A stretch of DNA of 64,000 bases. It comes from Callorhinchus milii. Lineage: Eukaryota. Shown piece by piece: positions 1 to 12,020 of the stretch. A program made the position numbers and the translations under genes. Under the pieces are notes generated by a model that did no database searches, was not told the DNA's origin, and saw only the letters and a list, made by a program, of their open reading frames with translations. The stretch's first letter is position 1. Each line of letters opens with the position of its first letter. Location of the stretch: positions 59,956,001 through 60,020,000 of the forward strand of contig NW_024704742.1 of assembly GCF_018977255.1 (NCBI RefSeq), in the 5' to 3' direction.

Positions 1-393
1 ATAGGATGCATAGGTGCGGCACCAAAGCATTCATTAAAACAAAGATACAAGTTCTATATGACATGTATTTTCAACATCAAGTTCTCCCAGTTCAGGTGTA
101 ACATATAAATTCTGGGGTAAATCTCTTCCTGCTGAGCCTTAACAATGGGGGTCACGTTTTCTTCTTGTTTGCCAATCGGGGCTATATTGGAACAATTAGC
201 TGTAAATCACAAACAAATGGCAAATGCAAGGGAAGTTTCAGTTATCTTTGGAGGAGTACTATGATGGGCACAGGTAGGCAAATATACCAGAATTTAGGGA
301 ATATTCAAACAGTTTTGCATTTAACATGTAGCGAATGAACCTTCTCACCCCATTCGAAACAAACCTCTTGTTGGCCCTTCTTCTAATCTGATT

Positions 394-905
394 ACAACAA
401 CAACAACTTGAACGTATATAGCGCCTCCCCTGGAGGGTAAGCGTATCAGAGCGTTTAACAGTGGCGGAGCCTGACTCTGAGCCGAAGACAGGTGGCTGTA
501 AGCACGGTCAAACAGGAAAGTTTTCAGATGGCACGTGAAAGAGGGGAGAGAGAGGGAAGGTGGAGGGATTGAGGGAAAGTGTTCCAGAGTTTTGGGACGT
601 AGGGGCTGAAAGCATGACCTCCGATAGCGGGACGGAGGGTGCGAGGGATGAGCAGGAGGCCAGTATCAGTCGAGCTGAGGTGCCAGGTAGTGGATTGGGG
701 AGTGAAGAGGTCAAAGAGGTAGGGAGATACCAGATAGTGAAGGGATTTGAACACAAGTGTGTGGATCCTGAAGGCGGTCTGTTCAGTGATGGGGAGCCAG
801 TGAAGCCTGGCCAGAACTGGTGAGATGTGGGTACAGAGTTTGTTCCGGGTCAGTATGCGGCCCGCAGAATTTTGCATGAACTGGATCTTTTGAATTGTGG
901 AGCTG
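394..905 (-). mobile_element. L2-clade LINE 3' fragment (degenerate ORF2 C-terminus plus 3' UTR)
   Basis: ORF 524..877 reads QNSAGRILTR...LARLHWLPI...RAFS..VPKLWN, typical of the L2 ORF2 end. The (CAA)n run at 395-407 is the minus-strand (TTG)n tail. Confidence 0.85.
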
Positions 906-1367
906 GGGACACTGGCGCCTCCTCACCTCAGGTGCTGACAGCATCACCATCCATGGTTGCTCACTTCACCATGCTAAGCCAGTCCGGAATCTTGGGGTCT
1001 TGTTCAACCCTCAACTATCCTTTTTACCCCACATTCATTCCATGACACTCTCTGCCTTTCCCCACCTCCGCAACATCGCCCGGCTCCGACACTGCCCTCC
1101 ACCGCAGGCCACCAAAACCCTCATACATGCCTTCATTACATCACGGCTTGACTACACAAACTCACTGCTTGTCGGTCTCCCCAACTCCTCCTTCCACAGG
1201 CTGCAGGTCATCCAGAACTCTGCAGCATGTGTCCTCTCCCGCACTAGGCTCCGTGACCCTATCATCCCCATCCTCGCCCAACTCCACTGACAACCCATCA
1301 CACAGAGGATACAGTTCAAGATCCTGGTCCTCACCTTCAAAGTCCTCCATGGTCCATCGATCTCCTA
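906..1367 (+). mobile_element. Older L2 fragment, 5' part (host of the CR1 insertion)
   Basis: ORF 895..1290 has VRNLGVLF, LIHAFITSRLDYTNSLL and LQVIQNSAA. It ends at ATCTCCTA (1360-1367), the left TSD of the CR1. Confidence 0.85.
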
Positions 1368-1510
1368 ATCATAGAATCATAGAATGTTACGGCACAGAAG
1401 GAGGCCATTCGGCCCATCGAGTCTGTGCCGGCTCTTTGACAGAGCAACTGACTTTTATAAACCCCACTCACCAGCTTTCTCCCCATAACCCTGCAAACCT
1501 GTCTTCCCCA

Positions 1511-2500
1511 CCGATGTCCTGACAGCCTGCCTGTCCGACATCGAGTCCTGGACGAGAGACAACTTTCTTCAGCTCAACGTGCAAAAAACCGAGGCCCTCC
1601 TAATTGGCTCACGTCAGCGCCTCCGCACCTCAGGCGCTGACACCATCAGTATCCAAGGCTGCACTCTCCACCTCTCAAAGCCAGTCAGGAACCTCGGCGT
1701 TTTGTTCGACCCTGAGCTGTCCTTTCTCCCTCACATCCGCACCACAACTGGCACCGCCTTCCATCACCTCCGGAATATCGCCAGATTACGGCACTACCTC
1801 ACCCCTCACGCTGCTGAAACCCTGGTTCACGCCTTTGTCACCTCAAGGCTGGACTATGGGAACTCTCTCCTCGCCGGCCTTCCCGGCACCTCCCTCCACA
1901 AGCTGCAGGTCATTCAGAACTCTGCAGCTCGTGTACTGTCCCGCACCAGGCTTCGCGATCACATCACTCCCACCCTCGCTCGCCTCCACTGGCTCCCCAT
2001 CCCCCAGAGGATTGATTTCAAGATCCTCATCCTCACCTACAAGGCCATTCACGGCCTTGCTCCCTCCTACCTCTCCAACCTACTATCCCCCTACCTACCT
2101 GCCCGTACCCTCCGTTCCTCTGGCTCCGGTCTGCTCCACGTCCCCCGCCCCAACCGCCCTACTATCGGTGGTCGGGCCTTCAGCCTCTCAGCCCGAGGCT
2201 CTGGAACTCCATCCCCCAGTGCCTTCGCCTTGCTTCCTCCCTTTCCTCCTTCAAGGCCGGTCTCAAAACCTTTCTCTTTGACCGTGCCTTCAGCTCCCCT
2301 CTCGACTCTCTTCCTCCTCCTCGCTCCCTCCCTTCCCTCCCCTCACCCTGACCATTTCCCCCCTCCTCTCTCCCTCCTTCCCTCCCCTCACCCTGACCAT
2401 TTCCCCCCTGCTCGGGTCATGACCCAACTGTGCAGCGCCTTGGGACGTCCTCCTGACGTGAAAGGCGCTCTATAAATGGAATCTTGTTGTTGTTGTTGTT
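1511..2500 (+). mobile_element. Young 5'-truncated L2 LINE inserted into the CR1 3' end
   Basis: TSD TTCCCCA (1504-1510, 2499-2505). ORF 1579..2475 is the L2 ORF2 C-terminus, with a 1-nt frameshift near 2192 relative to the copy at 63612. C-rich 3' UTR, stem-loop 2434-2469 and (TTG)n tail. Confidence 0.95.
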
Positions 2501-5246
2501 CCCCAGATACCTATCCAGTTCTCTCTTAAAAGCTGTTATCGAATCGGACTTCACTGCCCTTTCAGGCAGATCATTCCAAATTCTAACAACTCGCTGAGTG
2601 AAAACATTTCTTCTAACCTCCCCTCTGCTTCTTTTGGTAGATATCTTAAGACTGTGACCACGAGTCACAGACACACCTACCAGCGGAAACAGCTTTTCCC
2701 TATCTAACCTGTCGAAACCTTTCATGATCTTGAAGACCTCTATCAGGTCCCCGCGTAACCTTCTCTGCTCTAATGGGAAAAGTCCTAACTTTTCCAGCCT
2801 GTCCTCATAGCTAAGCTTCCCCATTCCTGGTATCATTCTCGTGAATCTCCTCTGCACCCTTTCCAGTGCCTTAATATCCTTCCTGAGGTAAGGTGCCCAG
2901 AACTGGACGCAGTACTCCAGCTGAGGCCTAACCAGTGTTTTGTACAGATTAAGCATAACCTCCCTACTCTTATACTCTATGCCCTACTAATGAAGCTCAG
3001 TACACCAAATGCCCTTTTTACTGCCCTATCTACCTGCTCTGCCACCTTCAATGAATCGCTTACTTGAACGCCCAGATCTCTCTGTACGTTCACCCCCTTA
3101 AGATTGAGCTACCAAGCCTATATTGCCTCCTATCATTTTTCCTACCTAAGTGTATCACCTCACACTTATCTACATTGAAATCCATCTGCCACATGTCAGC
3201 CCATTCCACCATTCTGTGTATGTCTGCTTGCAGTTGATTACAGTCTTCTTCACTATTTACTACCCTACCTAACTTGGTATCATCTGCAAACTTGGAAATA
3301 GTGCTCCCTATGCCCAAGTCTAGATCATTAATATATATTAGAAAGAGCAGTGGTCCCAATACCGATCCCTGGGGGACACCGCTGCACACCTCCTTCCATT
3401 GCGAGAAACACCCATTAACCACCACCCTCTGCATTCTGTCACTCAACCAGTTCCTAATCCAAATGGCTACTGTCCCCTTAATACCGTGGGTCTCCAGTTT
3501 TTTTATTAACCTCTTGTGCGGTACTGTGTCAAAAGCCTTTTTAAAATCCATGTAAATAATGTCCACCGCATTTCCCTCATCAACCCTCGCAGTCACCTCT
3601 TCAAAAAATTCTATTAGATTTGTTAGGCAAGATTTGCCTTTAACAAATCCATGTTGGCTGTCTCTAATTACCTCGTGTTCCTCTAAGTAGAGATTTATTT
3701 TGTCCCGGATTACGGTCTCCAGTAGCTTTCCTATTACCGAAGTTAGGCTGACTGGCCTGTAATTTCCGGGCTTGTCTTTCTGCCCCTTTTTGTAGAGGGG
3801 GGTAACATTAGCCACTCTCCAGTCTCTTGGCACCACTCCTGTGTCCAATGACGATTGAAATATAATGGCCAAAGCCTCCGCTATTTGAACCCGTATCTCC
3901 CACAGCAACCTTGGGTGAAACCCATCTGGTCCTGGTGACTTATCAATTTTGAGCCCAGTCAATCTTTTCAGAACTTCCTCTCTGTCTATAGTAATCTGAT
4001 CTATGTCCTCTACCCTGTCATCCAATACTGTGGCATTTGGGGCATCCGTTTCCGTTGTGAAGACAGATGCAAAGTATTTGTTTAGTACATCAGCCGTGCC
4101 CTCTGCCTCCACAACAAGATTGCCGTCATTGTCTTTGATTGGCCCCACCCTACCTTTAACTAACCTTTTTTCCTTTATGTGCTTATAAAATATTTTAGGA
4201 TTCCCCTTTATGTTACCCGCTAACCTCTTCTCATGCGATCTTTTAGCCTGTCTTATCGCTCTTTTAAGATCACTCCTGCATTCTCTATAATGCGCTTTGC
4301 TAACCTCAGTGTCTTGCAACCGCCAATTGTTGTACGCCATCTTCTTCTTTTTCATCCTAGACAGAATATCCCTGGTCTTCCAAGCAGGCTTGGTTCTCGC
4401 ACATTTCCCTTTTGTGGGAATATATCTATTTAGACCCTGAGCTATCGTATCTTTGAAGATTTCCCATTGCTCATGAGTCGTTTTACCTGCCATTCTTACT
4501 TGCCAGTCCACCAACTCTAGGTCCCTCTTTAGCCCATCAAAATGAGCTCTTTTCCAGTCAAGCATTTTCACCCTTGACTCTACTTTGTCCTTGTTCATTA
4601 GTAATCTAAATCTAATAATATTATGGTCACTGTTACCTAGATGCTCCTTGTTCAACCTGACCTACTTAATTCCCTAGAACAAGATCCAGCAATGCGTCCT
4701 TCCTTGTAGGACTGGAGAGTTACTGCTCAAGAAAATTTTCCTGTACACAGTTGATGAATCTTTCTCCTGCCTTGCCCTTAACGCTGCTATTTTGCCAATC
4801 CATATTGGGTTAATTGAAATCCCCCATTATGACAACTCTGTTTGCCCTACATCTGTCCGTGATCTGGTTGAGATCTGCTTTTCTATCTCCTTCCCGCTAT
4901 CTGGTGGTCTATAGTAAACCCCTATCAGTGTCACCACTCCTTTCCTATTTCTGACCTCTAACCAGATCGATTCTGTTGTCGGGACCTCTAGAGTCTCGTA
5001 CCTTTCTACAGCTACAATTGTATCCTTAACTAATATTGTCACCCCTCCACCCTTTCTTCCTTCCCTATCCTTCTCTATCACATTATACCCTGGAATATTT
5101 ATCTCCCATTCCTGTTCTGGCTTGAGCCATGTCTCAGTTACTGCTACCACATCATAACCCCCTACGGCCAGTTGAACCTGCAGCTCGTCAACCTTATTCC
5201 CTAAGCTACGTGCATTTAGGTACATGCATTTGAGGAAATTGTCCAC
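2501..5246 (-). pseudogene. Disrupted CR1 ORF2 (AP endonuclease plus reverse transcriptase)
   Basis: ORFs 4827..5258, 3090..4655 and 2417..2956 carry YLNARSL, VAVTETWL, GGGV, GVYYRPP, SDHN, KSPGPDG, NYRPVSLTS, QHGF, DFKKAFD, GVPQGSVLGP, FADD and LYKTLVRPQLEYCVQFW. Frameshifts or stops near 4860, 4655-4670 and 3090. Confidence 0.93.
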
Positions 5247-5593
5247 ATCTCCTACCATCCTGTTCGCTCCCTCTGCTTAGTGGGCTCTGGCCTGCTTCCC
5301 GTCCACTGCCTTGCTCGCCCACCATCCGCAGGTGGGCCTTCGCCACTCTGCACCCACCCACTGTAACTGCATCCCGCAGTCCCTCCATCTCGCTCACTCC
5401 CTTGCCACCTTCAAGACCCACCTCAAGATCCTCCACTTTGGCCATGCTTTCGATTTCCCTGCTTCCCCCCCTACCCTCCCCACTTCAGAACCCGATCCTC
5501 AGGGTCCGAACCTGTGTCTGTCCAGTGCCTTGGGATATCCTCCCAATGTGAAAGGCGCTATATAAATGTAATTTTGTTATTGTTGTTGTTGTT
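5247..5593 (+). mobile_element. Older L2 fragment, 3' part (continuation of 906-1367)
   Basis: Resumes after the right TSD with IPQSLHLAHSLATFKTHLK, then a degenerate stem-loop (GTGCCTTGGGATATCC...GTGAAAGGCGC) and (TTG)n tail. Confidence 0.85.
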
Positions 5594-7330
5594 GGTGGTT
5601 TGGTCGGAGGCAGGCATTGTGGTGGAGGTGGAAGAAGGTGGTCCTAGGCAGGGACCAGATGTGGGTGAAGAAGGACAGCTGGGGATCGAACCGAATGCCT
5701 AGGTTGTGCACTGGTTCGGTGAGCCGAGGGAGATCCCAGGGATGTTGAAGAGTTTAGATCTGCAGGAGTAAAGATATTGACGAGAGCCAAGGAGTGTTGC
5801 TTCCATCTTGTCCACATTCAGCTGCAGGAAGTTTGCACTCATCCAGGACTTGATGTCTGCCAGACAAGCTGACAGAACATTAGTAGACCTGGGGTGTTTG
5901 TATTGGAGGAGGCAAAGTAAATTTTTGTGTTATCTGCATACATGTGGAACCTTACCCCATGCCTGCGGATAACATCGTCCAGTGGGAACATATAGATAAG
6001 TCAAAGAAGAGGGCCAAGGATGGAGCCCTGAGGTACCCCGCAGGTGACTTGGCAGGGGTGGGAGGTGAAACCATTTGCCGAAAGGAAATGGAGGTTAAGT
6101 AGGACTCGAACCATACGACTGTGGTCCCACTAAGGTAGATGGGGGAGGAGAGCCGATGGAGGAGGATGGGGTAGTTGACTGTGTCAAAAGCGGCATAGAG
6201 ATCCATGAGGACAAGGAGGCAGAGGAAGCCCTGGTCACAGTTAGAGAAAATATTGTTTATGACTTTGACAAGCACTGCCCCTGTGCTGTGGACAGTGTGC
6301 AAACCAGATTGCAAGGGCTTGAGGAGGGAGTGGAGGGAGAAGTGTGACTGAAGTTGAGCTGCAACAATGCATTCCAGGATTTTGTCAAGGAAGGGTAGGT
6401 TGGAGATGGGGTGGTATTGTGAGAGATTACAGCGATCGAGGGTGATTTTTTTGAAGAGGTGTTTAATGACAGCGGTTTTCAGGGGGGGTGGACCAGAGCC
6501 TGAGGAGAGAAATGGTTGACTATGTTGGCCAGAAGGAGGGAGAAAAGTGGGTGTTGGGTGACCAGCAGCTGGATGTGGAGGTGGTCGAGATAGCAGGTGG
6601 AGAACTTCATCCGGGTGATCGTGGTTGAGAGGGAGAAGGGAGAAATGGGAGCAAAGGAGCATAAGGAGTGTGGGGTGGAAGGGGACATGGTGAGGAGGAC
6701 TTTGCAGCCAAGTGGATGTTTTAAATTTTTGAGGCGAAGAAGTCTTCACACTTGGCATTTGACATGAGGATAGAGGGGGCTTGAGGAGGTGCATGGAGGA
6801 GGTGGAAAACAGTGTCTTTGGATTTGGGTCTGAAATGCTGTACACTGTCCAGCACCATGGGACGTCCTCCTGATGTGAAAGGTGCTATACAAATGTAATC
6901 TTGTTGTTCTTGTTGTTGTGTTTGCCTCCAGGATGACTTTGGAGTAAAAATTAGTTTTGGCCTACGAAAGAGAGAGGCAGTAGGTGCGGAGGTGCTCGAG
7001 CCACAGCTTGTGGTGAATCATGGGGTCAGATTTCTGCCATCTGCGCTCGAGCATCCAGGTTTGTGTTTTGAGTGAGCGGAGATGATTGTTGTACCAGGGG
7101 GAGTGGGTGGGTTTGTAAACAATCCAGGATTTCCTTGGAGCCAGGGAATTGAAGGTTGTGGGTCATTCAGCAGCTTGATGGCTGCAGGTGGAGGGCCAGA
7201 GGGAGAGGAGGTCCAAGGAAGAGAGAGCATTTGTCAGAGACTCAGGGGGAAGCTTTTTCCAGTTAGTTGGGTAGTTCAGGGGACATGAAGCAGACCATAG
7301 CCTGCTGAGCAAAGGGAGCCCCTCGGTCAG
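5594..7330 (-). mobile_element. Degenerate L2 ORF2 internal fragment (RT domain), with a short + strand L2 3' tail at about 6843-6918
   Basis: ORF 5952..6845 has YHPISNLPFLDKILE, LQSG, HSTG and LMDLYAAFDTVNY. FHMYADN occurs near 5930-5950 on the minus strand. Confidence 0.8.
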
Positions 7331-8109
7331 TAAGATTTGAGTTGATTGCCGAGGTAGTGTGTATTATCTGTCTAAGCTTTATGTACATAGAGAAAAGACT
7401 TACATAGTTAATAAGAAAAAAATAGGTTTTTATTTGCAGTACATATTCCCTAAATTCAATGATCAATTCTGGAGAATTGTTGGTCCAAATACAGTGATAA
7501 ATTCCCTTCAAAGAAGTTGCTAAAAACAGCAGTTACTTTGTGCCTTGGATGTCTTAACATATATACGAGACATACCTTGGGCTATACACGGAATATTTTC
7601 TATGATTATTTATTGTTTTTAGTGGTCAATCAGTTTTAAGGTATTAAAAAACAACCCTTTTAATAGAGCGGCTCTGGCTTTAGTGAGTAAACACTTATCC
7701 TGCTGACTTAAATATTTAGTGACTATGAATTATGAGATAGACCATCTTCATAAAGTCAGTAAGATATGTGAAACATGAATGTAACAAACAAGGGAAATGT
7801 GAACTCCCTTGCATTGAGAACAATTATGTCTTGCTACAGATAGGATACTGATATGATTTAAGGAAAGCATATTTCTAAAAACAAAAAAAAACTAATATAG
7901 TTATAGAATCATAAAGTTACAGCATAGAAGGAGACCATTCAGCCCATTAGTCTGCCCCATTCATCTCATTAATTTCACTGTCCTGCCTTATCTCCATCCC
8001 CATTCGGTAATTAATAATTATGAGATGAAACATTTTCTAAACCGATTAAGATGCGATATCACAGTCACCAGCTTCCCAAGAATTACATGCTCAAGTATCT
8101 ATGTTTCAA

Positions 8110-8435
8110 ATGTGAACGCGGATAGCATTGTGGAGTGTTGGGCAGGCTATTCAGCTATGGAAGGCATCACCGTAAAGTCTGATCTGGTGCTCACCTGACA
8201 TCTACAAATACAAATTTTCCAGCAGGGATTACTGAACAGTGACCAGATGCAAGAACGTTTTGATGATTTCTCTATTGCCTGAGCTCAAGGCTATGAATGG
8301 CAATTGTGATGCTCCAACTGCATCCTGGATGATGTGTGTACAAACTGAGGAATCAGATTCCAACCTTTAGTCTTTATGTCTCAGTTTTGCATTACTGAGT
8401 GGTGAATGAGTTTACCAACTGAATTATCAGGAGAT
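8110..8435 (-). mobile_element. Highly diverged ancient tRNA-derived SINE (MER131-like, from memory)
   Basis: Loosely resembles the + strand remnant at about 52205-52360 (CTGAGCCA...CTGAGCTGTGTCAGCTGATCTCAGTCAGGG...GCTGCAATTGCC). Family name is recalled, not verified. Confidence 0.35.
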
Positions 8436-8964
8436 TCATTAAAAATGAACTGTAAAATTCCAAATAGAAAAAGATCATGCCTTCACTTTCTTCCCTTGTA
8501 CAAAATCCAGTGATTGTTTTCTGCAATAAATTTGTTGGATGTTTTCATTGATATTTTTGAATAAGAGTTACTCATTATTAAACTGACTACCGAAGCTCAT
8601 CACCATAACAGGGGTCAAAGAGTCAATTCACTTTTAGTTATGTTGTTATGGATAGTGCCCATTTTTCACTTGAATTTATTAGGTGGAGCTGGGCTTTTTG
8701 GATTTACAATTGGCTTTTCGGCTTACATATGCGAATCAAGTAGACTTATCAACTACAATTCAACATGGACTCAATGCAGCCATGAATACTTATCGTGAAT
8801 ATAAATTACCCATGTCTGTCTTCCGCTGACTTGATTGGATCAAACAGAATATAGCTTTTATGAACTCTAGTCAAGCAACAAAAATCATTCAGTTTATTAA
8901 AACCTTCAATGCCTGAACATCTTTGAAGGTCCAAAGCATGCATGCCTTAAGCTATAATCCTATA

Positions 8965-9260
8965 AATAATCCTTGCATTTAATATAGAGTCATCAAGACA
9001 TCTTAAATCATTCCACAGGATTTTACTGTGAAATGTAGTGAAGTGTAGAAAAAAAACAGCAGTCAATTTGGGTTCAGCAATATCCTACAAACAGCCATGA
9101 AGTGAATGATCAATTTTAACTGGGAGATGGTTGGCCAGGACACCATGAGAATTTACTTTCTCTTTTCAAGTAGTGGCACGGAATTTTAACATCTACTCGC
9201 ACAGGCAGATTTGGCCTCAGTGCAGCCCTCCCACAGCATTGCATTGGAGAGTCAACCTAC
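8965..9260 (-). mobile_element. Old DeuSINE (SacSINE1/AmnSINE1-like) remnant
   Basis: Reverse-complement tail ATAATCCTTGCATTT and Deu-like blocks CAAACAGCC, TTGGCCAGGACACC, TAGTGGCACGGAATTTTAACATC. Similar remnants at about 10650, 12380, 19270, 21270, 30985, 34530, 35840, 50950 and 52840. Confidence 0.65.
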
Positions 9261-11458
9261 ACCTTGCTGAGAAAGGATACTCTCTATACAACCTTGATAA
9301 AATTAACTCAGCAGCAATCGTACTTATTATCTGATCTGCCACATTCTGCTATAATAAAGTGCGGGCCATTTATGGCAACATGGTTTAACCGTAAATCAGC
9401 AATGGTCTGAAAGTAGTTTTAAACAAGAGTGTCTTGAACTTCATACGGTAATGAGGGCTATTTAAGGATTTTACATTAATAATGTTGTAAGGTTGATTTA
9501 TTTACACCACACAAAATCAGATGGATTTTAAGACTGGTGTCTTTATTTGTTGCTCTAAATTCTGTCATTAACCCCACAAACTTTAAGATGGAATTTCAGG
9601 CTCTATATTAATCTAAGCACACAGCTATTTGTAGTTTGCAAGGTAACAGTAGAACAAAACTGTAATTTTATATTTGGTTATTAAATAAATAAAACAATAA
9701 TGAGATGTTTGTCCATGTGAACACTATACATTTTATAACCAATATTTTAGAAACAATTAATAAACATAGATATACCGGTGTTTCAGTATTCTAGCTAATA
9801 TAGTAGTGATAATATTAATAATAATCCTTGCATTGATGTTGTGCCTTTAATTACCCTTTCCTGAATAATGTGAGGAGAATTAAGATTGAAAACATTACTG
9901 CTTATGATCAATCTGTGTGTTGTATCCATGTGCATTTCAACACACAATGGAAAATATTGTCTATATTACCAAGCCTGGAATAACCATATCATAAAATTAC
10001 TTTTGCCATCAATCCTTATCAGTGTTCTCCATTGTGAATTTGCAATACCGTTCTCCATCAGATGACGTTCGGCTTTCTGGATTCAATTGACTTATATTGC
10101 TAGATTTGGTAACAAAATTAACTGATTCAATATTAAACTTTGCAAGCATTGGGAATGTTATTCAGAAATGTGGGCCTTTGAAGTAAATTTTAAAAAAACT
10201 TGCATTTCTTAGACAAAGTGCCTATGAAAAATAATGTATTCACAAAAACGTTTGGGAAATGTGAAGTGTGTAATAAACATGTATAAGTGTGTATGTGACA
10301 TTTACTATATATCATTTTCTGACTGGATCTCAAGTTTTTGTTCCAGAAAGAGCTGAGTAAATTCTTTATGACAAAATTATTACTATTTCTGCTGCATTAC
10401 TGCACATTATGTGCTGATTCAGACATACATTGTGAAAGGGAGATAATTATTACATCAATCTTCCTAAAATATCTAGAAAACGTAATTGGAATAATCGTAC
10501 AATCCGTAATTCTTATAGTGATACTATATACAGCACTTCAAAAGATTAAACGTGCAAATTAAGCAATTGAAATTACTAAAATGATCATCAATTGGTTTTA
10601 ATGCAAGGCTGGCAATGCAAGTTCTTCCCATTGAGGAATAATAAAAAAAATTACATTTGATATAAAACTTTTATAACGTTTGGAAGATGGTTAAAGCGCT
10701 TCACAGGATTCACTGTAAAGTGCAGTGACTATCTATTTTGCAGACGAACATGGCAACCAATTTGTGCACAGGAATGTCCCACAAATTAATGTTCTAACAA
10801 TCACATTGAAAACTAGGAATTTACTATTATTCATACTTATCATCAATATTTCACACTAAAATAGATAACCTGGCAACTAAAAGGCATTAGACTACGATTT
10901 CAAATATTTCTTCAAGGGATTCCTTAATAAAGAATGTGAATTGTGCAAATGAAAACTTAATTCCTGCCATGCCATGACATACCATCCTTCTTGAACTCTA
11001 TTCCATTGCATTTTCCTTTCAGAGGTCCAATAGCTTGAATGGAAATCAAAAGAGGCAGCACAAATTAATATAAGAACAAAAGAGAAAGATCCATTCAAGT
11101 CATCCTGCTTTTCTTTTGTTCAGATCTTTGATCATCTAGATCAACAAAGATCATGTTAATTGCTGAGTAATCTGTTCTGTATCCGAAACTGGCTTTGAGG
11201 AGAATGGTTTCCATAATATGATTTATTTAATTGCTCCAAGACGCTATCCCATGTGAAGAGCACTATATAAATGTTGTTCGCTTATAATATCTGTCAGTTT
11301 CCTTGACTTAAATGATTTTCTAAATAAAATAGAAGCAGCTAAACTACCATTCTGATACATAGTTCAGATTTAACTGTTGTCATCATACAATCATTCAAAA
11401 TATTTTAGATTTCCTTTAAAGTCAAAGAAAGTGTCTCTGGAGAAAGACAGAGTCCTGT

Positions 11459-11697
11459 GGAGTCCTGTAGCTCAGTGGTTAGAGCACTCGCTTTGCAAGT
11501 GAGAGACCTGAGTTCAATTCCAGGCAGGGCGAAACCTTGGGCAAGTTTCCTTACTCCACACAGAGCCTAATAATAATCCCTCCAAATCCAAAAACAATAA
11601 TAAATTGGTCATTTTCAATCTACGACTGTTTGTGGGACATTGCTGTGCGCAATTGGCTGCTGCGTTCGCCCACAAATATACAGTCAATTCACTTTAT
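11459..11697 (+). mobile_element. Young tRNA-Ala-derived SINE, 3'-truncated (first unit of a tandem pair)
   Basis: Head GGAGTCCTGTAGCTCAGTGGTTAGAGCACTCGCTTTGCAAG with A box TAGCTCAGTGG and B-box-like GAGTTCAATTCC. Deu-like TTGCTGTGCGCAATTGGCTGC. No tail. Confidence 0.92.
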
Positions 11698-12020
11698 GGA
11701 GTCCTGTAGCTCAGTGGTTAGAGCACTCGCTTTGCAAGCGAGAGACCCGAGTTCAATTCCAGGCAGGGCGAAACCTTGGGCAAGTTTCCTTATTCCACAC
11801 GCCTAATAATAATCCCACTAAAAAAAGCCAAAAACAATAATAAGTTGGTCATTTTCAATCTATGACTGTTTGTGAGACATTGCTATGCGCAATTGGCTGC
11901 CGCGTTCGCCCACAAATATACAGTCAATTCACTTTACAGTGTGTTCTGTGAAGCGCTTTGGGACATCCTCCTGACGTGAAAAGCGCTATATCAAATGCAA
12001 GGATTATTATTATTATTATT
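11698..12020 (+). mobile_element. Young tRNA-Ala-derived SINE, full length
   Basis: Same head (anticodon arm CTCGC-TTTGCAA-GCGAG), Deu-like body, L2-type 3' stem-loop and (TTA)n tail. Confidence 0.95.

Larger units (their letters stand above)
1368..5246 (-). mobile_element. CR1 LINE, 5'-truncated near the start of ORF2 and split by a younger L2
   Basis: Flanked by the 8-bp direct repeat ATCTCCTA (1360-1367, 5247-5254). The minus-strand 3' end is (ATTCTATG)2 at 1368-1385, the canonical CR1 tail. APE and RT motifs are present inside. Confidence 0.95.

Noticed and set aside
3090..4655. 521-aa ORF as an intact or domesticated RT gene, or a retron/defence RT
   Set aside because: It is the central piece of a frameshifted CR1 ORF2, with a non-ATG start, TSDs and a CR1 tail.
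11698..11771. tRNA-Ala(TGC) gene (also at 11459, 41022-41095, 44439, 56417, 61603)
   Set aside because: The A/B boxes and anticodon arm are tRNA-like, but the acceptor and T stems are imperfect. Each copy continues into an identical SINE body, so these are SINE heads.
11537..11806. Recurrent MGKFPYS... ORFs (also 40817, 44517, 61680)
   Set aside because: They are translations of the SINE body from TTG starts, with inconsistent frames between copies.
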